Source of the DNA: an uncultured Gammaproteobacteria bacterium
Lineage (GTDB): Bacteria > Patescibacteriota > Microgenomatia > UBA12405
NCBI GenBank assembly: GCA_964549165.1
Contig: CAZJUH010000001.1
Span: 74,566 to 138,565 of the forward strand
Direction of reading: 5' to 3'
DNA length: 64,000 nucleotides
Made by a program: the position numbers and the translations under genes. The notes beneath the pieces are model-generated. The model was not told the origin of the DNA, searched no databases, and saw nothing but the letters and a program-made list of their open reading frames with translations. Shown here piece after piece: positions 9,335-17,085 of this stretch (the stretch's first letter is position 1; each line of letters opens with the position of its first letter).

Positions 9335-10403
9335 ATTAACTGAAGAAGAGATTAATAAACTAAAGGTAAACCAAGGTGTCCGACCGCACCGAGTTAAATT
9401 TCAATTGACGAATGCTTGCAATGCAAGATGTAAGCATTGTAATTTGTACTTAATAAAGCCGGATGTGTTGTCCAAAGAAGTTGTTCTAAAAACTCTTGAA
9501 GATCTATCAGGACTAGGTGGTAAAGATGTCGATTTTACCGGAGGTGAGCCGACGACTCATCCAAATTTTGTCGAATTCATAAAGACTGCAACAGATTACG
9601 GACTCAAGGTAAAAGCAAATACCAACGGATTCTTGTTGACAGAAAAGTTAGCTGAGGGAATGATAAAAGCTGGTTTAAAAGAACTAGCAATATCTGTTGA
9701 CTCCCATAGCGCCGAGGAACATGACAGGCGCCGATGTTTACCCGGTGGTTGGCAGAAAGCCATTGACGGCATCAATTTTATCGATAAGTATCGAAATAAA
9801 TATAAGACAAGTACTAAGGTGATTCTTTATTCCATACTCTCTAATAAAAATTACAACCACGCTCCAGAAATAATTGATCTGAAAAAGATTGCTAATTTCG
9901 ACGAGATAAATTTTATCCCCATCAAAGACATTGAAAATAAAGAGGATTTTTTAACAAAAGAACAAATTCAAGATTATTACAAAAATATTAAACAGATATT
10001 GGTTGAAAAATACAATGAGTACAAATTCACTGGTATTTTTAGAACAATAGACGATCCGTTTGGTGTTATGGCCTCAAAAACCGAAGATAAATCAACCTCG
10101 GCCAAATACACCGAAGAAATTTACAAGAATCTTCCCTGTTATATCACTAATTTTTATTCATATATTATTTCTGACGGCTCAGTTGTTCAATGTTGTGTGG
10201 CGCCCCACCATCTTCGACCTGAATTTATCATGGGAAACATCAATCAACAAAGCTTTAAAGAAATTTGGAACTCTGACCGATATAATCAACTAAGACAAAC
10301 ACTTCTCAAACCAAATTTTGAAATTTGTAAATGTTGTAGTGGGCACCACACCGCTTTTAATCTTGATGTTCACCAGCAAATAAATGACTATGAAAAGGGT
10401 TGA
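9324..10403 (+). CDS. radical SAM protein with C-terminal SPASM/twitch-like Cys-rich domain
   Basis: CNARCKHC (CxxxCxxC) near the N-terminus; C-terminal CCVAPHH...CKCCSGHH cysteine cluster; start taken at ATG 9324 (MKIKLTEEE), overlapping the upstream gene. Confidence 0.8.
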   Translation: MKIKLTEEEINKLKVNQGVRPHRVKFQLTNACNARCKHCNLYLIKPDVLSKEVVLKTLEDLSGLGGKDVDFTGGEPTTHPNFVEFIKTATDYGLKVKANTNGFLLTEKLAEGMIKAGLKELAISVDSHSAEEHDRRRCLPGGWQKAIDGINFIDKYRNKYKTSTKVILYSILSNKNYNHAPEIIDLKKIANFDEINFIPIKDIENKEDFLTKEQIQDYYKNIKQILVEKYNEYKFTGIFRTIDDPFGVMASKTEDKSTSAKYTEEIYKNLPCYITNFYSYIISDGSVVQCCVAPHHLRPEFIMGNINQQSFKEIWNSDRYNQLRQTLLKPNFEICKCCSGHHTAFNLDVHQQINDYEKG

Positions 10404-11100
10404 AGATCTACTCATACGAGGTGAATTAACACCATTAAGGCGGGGATTAGTTAAGGAAACTTACCGTCACAAAGATGTTGTTATTGGACTGGTTCGGGTT
10501 GATAAATTGGATGTTCATGATCGTGACCCTCTAATGTTGCGTGATTCTGTCAGAAAATACGTTGACGGATTACATAGTGCTGGAGTACCAATAGTTGATG
10601 TTGTGGAAGTGGAACTTCAAGGATCTAATTTAGTGATGGTAACCAAGTTTATGCCTCAGTTCTTAGATTTAGCCATGAAGGCCAGTGAGGTAGATTTTGT
10701 CGCTGGGAGTAACCGAATGCTTTCAGATATTGCTAAAACTAAAGATACTCAAGTTGGGATTGATCCAACCCCCAAAAACTTTGCCTATAATCACGATCAA
10801 ATTTTATATGCAGATTTCTTTTATCCCATTACTCGGGAATATTCCGAGTGGAAAAAGAGTCGAATGACTTTAGATACTCCAAGACGTCGTTGGGTTCACT
10901 TTGCTCAAGATTACTTTTATTACCCCAGTGTCTATACTCATGCGATTTGTGATTTAGCCGATATCGGTATCCAAACTCGTGACGAGACGTTTCAACTAGT
11001 CACTGATTTTTGTCAGCATCGAGGTTTTGGTATTGACCTTAAATCTTCATTAGATTATTATCAGGAAACAAGGATTCGACATGGTCAACAAAAACACTAG
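10384..11100 (+). CDS. hypothetical protein with protein-kinase-like/aminoglycoside-phosphotransferase-like catalytic loop
   Basis: GIDPTPKNFAYNHDQILYADF resembles the H/DxxxxN...DF catalytic/DFG region of APH/choline-kinase-fold enzymes; weak. Confidence 0.35.
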   Translation: MTMKRVEDLLIRGELTPLRRGLVKETYRHKDVVIGLVRVDKLDVHDRDPLMLRDSVRKYVDGLHSAGVPIVDVVEVELQGSNLVMVTKFMPQFLDLAMKASEVDFVAGSNRMLSDIAKTKDTQVGIDPTPKNFAYNHDQILYADFFYPITREYSEWKKSRMTLDTPRRRWVHFAQDYFYYPSVYTHAICDLADIGIQTRDETFQLVTDFCQHRGFGIDLKSSLDYYQETRIRHGQQKH

Positions 11101-12241
11101 AACCCTATTCAAAAATACCACTGCTATTATCGGAGATGGAATGGAAGTGACTAATAATATAGATCTCTTAGTCATTGGTGACACTATTACTCAAATCGAT
11201 AAGGATGTCGATACATCTAATACTGAAATTTTAGATGGCGAACAATTTGTTTTATGTCCGTCATTTGTGAATGCACACACACATCTTGACGATAGTACTA
11301 TTACTGATATTGGCATTGGCCAAAGTCTTGAAGAGTTAGTATTTCCAAATGGTGTCAGAGAAAAAATTACTTCAGTTTCAAGGGACGATTTCAAATCTTC
11401 TATTAAAGATACTGTTCACAGAATAATTCTCGGTGGGACAGGAGTAATTTGCAGTTTTTGCGAAAGTGGAACTGAAGGTGTTGAGAAGGTTAAAGAATCA
11501 ATCAATCCTGATTTAAAGTCAATCTTGGTTGGTCGATTCAAAAGCAGGTTCCCGTACGAATCTAATGTTGAGAATCTACTAAAAATTGCCGATGGATTTG
11601 CTCCGGGTTTTATTAAGGATATCTCTGAAGAAGATTTGAAAAAAATATCTCAAAGGATTTTAACTGTTGGTGGTTTTATCGCAATGCACAGCCTTGAGTC
11701 AAAAGATCTTCCAGTAGAAAACTTTTATAAGACAGTCGATTATCTGAAACCAAAATTTTTGGTTCACCTAGTTCAAGCTAGTCAAAAAGAGATTAGCTAT
11801 CTTGCCGACAAAGATATCGGAGTTGTCTGTTGTCCCCGCGGTAATTCAATTACCGGAGTTGGCATTCCCCCAATTCTCCCGCTTTTAGAAAAGGGAATAA
11901 CCGTGGCTCTCGGGACTGATAATATTTTTCTTAATTCTCCTGATATGTTTCGGGAAATGGAGTTTACCTCAAGACTATTAAGAGGCATCACTCAAAATGC
12001 ATCAGCTACTGACTCAAAGACAATTCTTAAAATGGCAACAATAAATGGGGCCAAGATTCTCGGAATAGAGGGTAGCTATGGATCACTTTCTGTCGGTAAA
12101 AAAGCCAATATCATTGTATTCTCTAAGAAGTCAAGCAGTTTCATTCGATCTGCCGACATTGTTTCAACAATAGTTCATCGAGCTGGGGTAGACGATATTC
12201 ATGAGGTATATCTAAACGGGGATGTTTACAGCTCCAGGTGA
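11081..12241 (+). CDS. amidohydrolase-family metal-dependent hydrolase
   Basis: VNAHTHLDDS HxH metal-binding motif near the N-terminus, TIM-barrel amidohydrolase-like length and later His/Asp positions (HSLES, GTDN). Confidence 0.65.
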   Translation: MVNKNTRTLFKNTTAIIGDGMEVTNNIDLLVIGDTITQIDKDVDTSNTEILDGEQFVLCPSFVNAHTHLDDSTITDIGIGQSLEELVFPNGVREKITSVSRDDFKSSIKDTVHRIILGGTGVICSFCESGTEGVEKVKESINPDLKSILVGRFKSRFPYESNVENLLKIADGFAPGFIKDISEEDLKKISQRILTVGGFIAMHSLESKDLPVENFYKTVDYLKPKFLVHLVQASQKEISYLADKDIGVVCCPRGNSITGVGIPPILPLLEKGITVALGTDNIFLNSPDMFREMEFTSRLLRGITQNASATDSKTILKMATINGAKILGIEGSYGSLSVGKKANIIVFSKKSSSFIRSADIVSTIVHRAGVDDIHEVYLNGDVYSSR

Positions 12242-12813
12242 GATGTGTCGTTCCAAAATTTTACTTCAGCTTTGTCACCTTCAATTTCGAGTAGAGATAA
12301 AGCTCCACCAGTGGTGTGTTCCAATTTCATTCCAAAAAGAGAGTTAAGCCGACCAATGAAATGACCATGAGTGATGACTAATATATTTTCAAAACCTGAT
12401 TTTTCAATTAGTTCTTTAAATTCGGCGGCTCGACGTTTTACATCATTCTCACTCTCACCACCTTTACATTTGAAATCATCAGGATCAAGGCCACTACTAT
12501 CACGAACCGCATAATATTCCGTTGAAGGTTGGCCTTCAAACTCCAATCTGTTTATTTCTCGGACTAAGTCAGTAACAATCACTTTTTTTGGGTCAACTCT
12601 GAAGCCACCCTTAAAAATTTGATCCATGGTTTGCAATGTTCGAAAGAGACTACTACAATAAATCGCATCAATCTTGATACCATCTCTTACTAGTCTCTCT
12701 CCTAACTTTTTGGCATCCACCATTCCTTTGTCAGATAACCCGGTATAAGAAAAAGCGATGTATCCTTCGGCGTTACTAATAGACTCTCCGTGACGTGTAA
12801 GATATATTCTCAT
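12226..12813 (-). CDS. histidine phosphatase family protein (phosphoglycerate-mutase-like)
   Basis: IYLTRHGES RHG motif, later ITHGHFI histidine; convergent 16-bp overlap with the amidohydrolase gene. Confidence 0.75.
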   Translation of the reverse strand: MRIYLTRHGESISNAEGYIAFSYTGLSDKGMVDAKKLGERLVRDGIKIDAIYCSSLFRTLQTMDQIFKGGFRVDPKKVIVTDLVREINRLEFEGQPSTEYYAVRDSSGLDPDDFKCKGGESENDVKRRAAEFKELIEKSGFENILVITHGHFIGRLNSLFGMKLEHTTGGALSLLEIEGDKAEVKFWNDTSHLEL

Positions 12814-12868
12814 GAGTGATTATAACTTAATATAAAAAAACAATAAAATTGCTCGAACAATACACGAA

Positions 12869-12984
12869 GTGCGGAGCATGTGGGTCTGGGATGAAACTGT
12901 CTCTATAACACCCACATTGTCATTGTCTTATTTTTTATCAGCCTTTTGTAGCTAAATGAGACAAATGAGACACTATAAAAAAGG
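12869..12984 (+). repeat. copy C of the ~115-bp intergenic repeat
   Basis: aligns with copies A and B; immediately 3' of the minus-strand gene ending at 12986. Confidence 0.7.
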
Positions 12985-12985
12985 A

Positions 12986-13897
12986 CTACAACAGTTTATT
13001 GATTTCTAAGTCCCACCCATCTTTATGAATTAGTCGATCTTTACAAAGATTAGCATTGATTATCTCAGCTTTGGTTTTTTGAGACAACTCTTCCCAATTA
13101 TTTTCCAAAATATAGGTGGCATTTCCATAAAATGGGCTTTCAAGTACAAATAGATTTTTATTGGTAAAACCCATAATAATATAACCATGGAAACCTGCAT
13201 TTCCGACGGCAGTAAAATCAGGATGGTGTTTATTTATAAGTTCAAGACGATGTTCTAGATAAGAGCGATTTCCTTTTGGGGTCTCTTCAATAATCTTTTC
13301 AACCTCTTTTTTAAGAGATGACCATGGCATTTGTCCTTGTGGCAATATTGTCCAATTCAATCGTCTTGTTGGTGAAGCTACATCACCCATTTTTGGATCT
13401 AAAATCTGACATTCACCAAATATTTCCAAAAATAAATTTACTACATGTGTTACTTTGTCTTCATCACTAACATCAATTGTTGGACTAACAATTAGTTTTA
13501 TCCCATTTTGAATTGTTGATATTGATAATTCCACACTTGGTGGAACAATAAAAGTTCTCGGATATCTTTTATAAGGAACTTCAACAAATTTACTACGTTC
13601 AACCTGATAAGGACCGTGCCACTCTTGCCATGTCCATTCAGTAACACGCGATACTTCTTCCATTGGTTGATCTTTATGGATTAAATACTTACCCTCTGCA
13701 TTAAAGCTACTGACAGGACCGAATTGTGCTGACGGTAAAACTGTTTCTCCATTCTCAATTTTAGATGTAAAGCCTATTTTGCTGCTTAATTTTGAGTTTT
13801 CTGCGTCAACTGATACTCCAATAATAATATTTTTATATTTTGATAAAACTCCTTTAAAGGGTTTTAATGTTCTGATTCTTCTTTTTTTGATTAACAT
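12986..13897 (-). CDS. hypothetical protein, 303 aa, co-transcribed downstream of the Cas2/VapD-like gene
   Basis: no recognisable motifs; 12-bp spacing to the upstream gene. Confidence 0.4.
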   Translation of the reverse strand: MLIKKRRIRTLKPFKGVLSKYKNIIIGVSVDAENSKLSSKIGFTSKIENGETVLPSAQFGPVSSFNAEGKYLIHKDQPMEEVSRVTEWTWQEWHGPYQVERSKFVEVPYKRYPRTFIVPPSVELSISTIQNGIKLIVSPTIDVSDEDKVTHVVNLFLEIFGECQILDPKMGDVASPTRRLNWTILPQGQMPWSSLKKEVEKIIEETPKGNRSYLEHRLELINKHHPDFTAVGNAGFHGYIIMGFTNKNLFVLESPFYGNATYILENNWEELSQKTKAEIINANLCKDRLIHKDGWDLEINKLL

Positions 13898-13909
13898 AGT
13901 TTTAATAAT

Positions 13910-14176
13910 TTATAATCTGGCGTTTAACCAGTCATGGGCACCAGTGATCATCCATGCGGAATAGCTATTTTTATACAATTGAGCAGTGAAGATATAATCA
14001 TTTGAATCGACCACTGTTCTTATTTGATCACTAATAGTATTGAGATCATAAGCGGTATCCAGAAACCACAAATTTTGTAATGGATGAAGAGTTTGACCTA
14101 AACTCATAATTTTTTTATAGAGAGCATCGTAATTTTGCCCTTCTTTCCTTAGATCGTATGTTATTATATAGACCAT
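13910..14176 (-). CDS. Cas2/VapD-like small protein (ferredoxin-like-fold endoribonuclease family)
   Basis: 88 aa; MVYIITYDL N-terminus (Cas2 MLVLVxYDI/VapD MYAIAFDL pattern with the conserved Asp), central LHPLQNLWFL (cf. Cas2 RVQYSVFEC), C-terminal IRTVVDSNDYIFTAQL (cf. Cas2 IVDSEDSIRVYxL); motif-level resemblance only. Confidence 0.45.
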   Translation of the reverse strand: MVYIITYDLRKEGQNYDALYKKIMSLGQTLHPLQNLWFLDTAYDLNTISDQIRTVVDSNDYIFTAQLYKNSYSAWMITGAHDWLNARL

Positions 14177-14287
14177 ATTGACTTTAATTTATAATGATTT
14201 ATACTTAATTAATAAGGCTTAAGCCTACATCTTTAAGCATATACTTACAATTTTAAGCTTTTTATTAAAAAAATCAAGGGGTAATTT

Positions 14288-14656
14288 ATGATAAATAAAA
14301 TAGATTTAGGTTTTAGGATTGCTGAAAAAAGAAAAAGATTGGAAATGTCCCAATCACAATTAGGGGAAATGTTAGGTATTAGTCATGCGGCTGTATCTGA
14401 TATTGAAAGAGGGATAACTAATCTTAATGTTGAAGGAATATCTAAAATTGCTGATATTCTTAAAACAACATTTGAAGATCTTACTTTTATAAATGATTAC
14501 AGTTCTGCCACACAATCATTTAATTCATCGAATGGGATAAGTGTTTCTGGATATAGATTAGGAAAATACGCTAACAATAATGATATGGAAGAAGCAGATA
14601 AAAAAATTAAAGATAGATTGGCACAATTAAGAAAGGAGAAAAATGATTCACAGTAA
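14288..14656 (+). CDS. XRE-family HTH transcriptional regulator
   Basis: SQSQLGEMLGISHAAVSDIERG HTH_3 motif. Confidence 0.8.
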   Translation: MINKIDLGFRIAEKRKRLEMSQSQLGEMLGISHAAVSDIERGITNLNVEGISKIADILKTTFEDLTFINDYSSATQSFNSSNGISVSGYRLGKYANNNDMEEADKKIKDRLAQLRKEKNDSQ

Positions 14657-15149
14657 AGCTGCAAGAGAAAAAGCAGATAATATTATTGAAATGTATCATA
14701 TTGATGAAGCACCGGTCGATATTTTTGGAATTGCAGAAAAACTAGGTTTTGTGGTAGATAAAATTGAGTTACCCAATGAAATACCTGCAAAAATTGAGGC
14801 TCATGAAGATATTAAGGTCATTTTCATTAATAGTAAACATCCTTTAACAAAACAAAGATTCTCCGTTGGTCATGAACTTGGTCATTATCTGAGTGGGCAT
14901 GAAAATTTCAATGTCGATATTAGATCAATGGCAGATCCGGATAGAAAATATCTTAACTCTCAATATCAACAAGAATACGAAGCTGATGATTTTGCTGCAG
15001 AAATTTTAATGCCAAAATCAATTCTAAAAAAAGATTCCATGGAAAATAAACTTAGTCTAGCTGATTTGGTAAAGAAATACGAGGTAAGTGAACAAGCAAT
15101 GACCATTCAACTTGTTAATCTAAAATTACCCTTTAACAGTGAAAAGTAG
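14643..15149 (+). CDS. ImmA/IrrE-family metallopeptidase
   Basis: HELGHYLSGHE HEXXH motif in an ImmA-sized protein immediately downstream of, and overlapping, an XRE regulator gene. Confidence 0.8.
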   Translation: MIHSKAAREKADNIIEMYHIDEAPVDIFGIAEKLGFVVDKIELPNEIPAKIEAHEDIKVIFINSKHPLTKQRFSVGHELGHYLSGHENFNVDIRSMADPDRKYLNSQYQQEYEADDFAAEILMPKSILKKDSMENKLSLADLVKKYEVSEQAMTIQLVNLKLPFNSEK

Positions 15150-15151
15150 TG

Positions 15152-16234
15152 TCAGGATACAATTTTTACTAAATCATCCTCACTTTCGTAGCCCCTGATT
15201 CTACCTGTTAGAATTCCAAGTCTCTGACTGATTCCGTCACTCATTAATCGCCAGTTTGTATCTTCCAATGTTTTTTTAATCAATTTTTTTAAGTTATTTT
15301 GACTATCGTAGTCACTTTTTGAAGTATCTGATTCTTGTACAGAAAATGGAATTATTACATCTCTAGTAATTTCTGGTTTATCAAAGGAAAGTTCAATATA
15401 TTTTGCTTTTTCTAAGGTTTCTTTTAAAAGTTTTTGTAAATCAAAGACTTTTATTTTTTTTAAGGCTTTTGCTTTCTTATAACGTGGGTCAGCTTCCTTT
15501 GTTTTTCTTTCCTCTTCGTGTTTAGAATATAATTCTGACTGTATTTGATTTGAAACATACTCTTCCCCTTTTTCTTTACTTAAGCAAAATACTCCCCTAA
15601 AAGTTTCTAATAATTGTTTATCTTTTTCTTGTTTCCTTTTATATTCATCACTCTCAGCTTTCATATCCCAAACATCCTTGTTTTTATAACCACATTTGCA
15701 TGTTTCGATGGTAGTAATTACTTCACCTTTTCGTTGGCTATCTTCTTTTAATTCTTGATTACATTTAGGGCATGTGGGTCTTTTTGGTTTAAATTCTTCA
15801 CCATTATCAAAAACACCTCTTCCTTTTTTACAATTAGGACATCTGAAAAAGAATAATATGTTTGATGATTTTTCAGAAAGGTTATATAAGGTTTTGTCTT
15901 CAAACTCCATTGCCCAATTACAATCTGGGCAAAATATTGAACTTGGCTCTTTTGCATTGTCATATATTTCTTGTTCTATTCGATCCTTATCCATCCATTC
16001 TCTTATTGTTTTTTCCTTGTTTCGATATTCCTCACCTTTTTTATAATAGAGAGATATCTCTCCTAATCCTTCTACAAATCCTTTTGGATCTGCTAATTTA
16101 AAATCATTGATTTCTTCTCTATCTTTTTTAATCTTCTTTTTCCATATTTCAATAAAATCAAGGCAATTTTTAATAGTTAATAGATCATAAAGATCTTCAT
16201 AGTATTGTTTCTCTTTTATATAATTCATTAACAA
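15152..16234 (-). CDS. hypothetical protein with multiple CxxC zinc-ribbon motifs
   Basis: CPDCNW...CPNCKK...CPKCNQ...CKCGYK cysteine pairs; charged low-complexity regions; start overlaps the upstream gene by 7 bp. Confidence 0.4.
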   Translation of the reverse strand: MLMNYIKEKQYYEDLYDLLTIKNCLDFIEIWKKKIKKDREEINDFKLADPKGFVEGLGEISLYYKKGEEYRNKEKTIREWMDKDRIEQEIYDNAKEPSSIFCPDCNWAMEFEDKTLYNLSEKSSNILFFFRCPNCKKGRGVFDNGEEFKPKRPTCPKCNQELKEDSQRKGEVITTIETCKCGYKNKDVWDMKAESDEYKRKQEKDKQLLETFRGVFCLSKEKGEEYVSNQIQSELYSKHEEERKTKEADPRYKKAKALKKIKVFDLQKLLKETLEKAKYIELSFDKPEITRDVIIPFSVQESDTSKSDYDSQNNLKKLIKKTLEDTNWRLMSDGISQRLGILTGRIRGYESEDDLVKIVS

Positions 16235-16833
16235 TTAGCCTCTTCTGAATCTATTTCTTTTTGCGATTTAACAAATTTACCAGTGTCCATATCAAAACCT
16301 CTTACAAATTCAATTGAGTAGATACCGATACTATTAGCTGTTGAATCAACTGGTTGGTTTGATATCCTAGACAATTCATCAAATTTCTTATCATCAGTAG
16401 TAACCAAAACTGGTATCCAATTAATATAATTCCATTCTTTCTTTTTAACATCATAATGAGCTGGTAAAACCATAATATTATAAAACTGGTAAACATCATC
16501 CATCATTTTCATATATTCTTTTGATCTAAACAGATCATCAGTGGGAACAATATCTTTAGAATTCCAATATTCCTTTTTGAGTGGGAATCTTTTATTAAAA
16601 TTAATCTTAATAATAACCAACCCACTAACATAAATCGGGCCTTCTTTTAATTTAAGTAAATCTTTTCTTAATTTTTTAACTCTAGTTTGAAGAGATTTTA
16701 CTGTTGGATATATTTGAACTAGTATTTGAATATATCTTAAATTATCAGTTTTACCAACAAATATCACTCCCACATAAGCAGTATCTGGGAAATCCGGCTC
16801 TCGATAACAATACTTTTGGCTTTTCTTATCCAT
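16228..16833 (-). CDS. hypothetical protein, 201 aa
   Basis: ORF with no recognisable motifs; co-directional with, and between, the type IIG RM gene and the zinc-ribbon gene. Confidence 0.35.
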   Translation of the reverse strand: MDKKSQKYCYREPDFPDTAYVGVIFVGKTDNLRYIQILVQIYPTVKSLQTRVKKLRKDLLKLKEGPIYVSGLVIIKINFNKRFPLKKEYWNSKDIVPTDDLFRSKEYMKMMDDVYQFYNIMVLPAHYDVKKKEWNYINWIPVLVTTDDKKFDELSRISNQPVDSTANSIGIYSIEFVRGFDMDTGKFVKSQKEIDSEEANC

Positions 16834-17085
16834 GTTTTAACCAATATTAACATTTAAGGTAAAATTAAATTGAAATGAGTCCTTGGTTTAAAAAATGGTT
16901 ATGTAGAATAATTCTTTGGTATTCGGCCTTTTTTATAATTGCTGATATCTGGGGAGTGGATAATTTGAATCTGTTTATTATGGCCTTTTTTACTTTCTTT
17001 ATAATTGTCGTTCTCCGATTTGTAATAAGAATTTTAACAGAATTATTTAATCTCAGGCTAGAAATTTATCTACACAATTAAATTA

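Noticed and set aside
14169-14195. Apparent perfect sigma-70 promoter ttgact..tataat upstream of the Cas2-like/XRE divergent region
   Set aside because: The -35 and -10 hexamers are separated by only 6 nt (ttgact-ttaatt-tataat), not 16-18, so as written this is not a functional promoter. The real promoters here remain unassigned.
12986-14287. Possibility of a CRISPR array near the Cas2-like gene
   Set aside because: No regularly spaced direct repeats of 24-40 bp were seen around 12-15 kb or anywhere else in the window. The only repeated non-coding elements are the three dispersed ~115-bp copies and the IS-end remnant, neither of which has CRISPR periodicity.
16875-17081. 68-aa hydrophobic ORF in the gap between the RM gene and the 201-aa gene
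   Set aside because: Very AT-rich with a low-complexity Phe/Ile-rich translation and no RBS-like sequence, so it is probably spurious. The gap more likely holds the promoter for the downstream two-gene unit.
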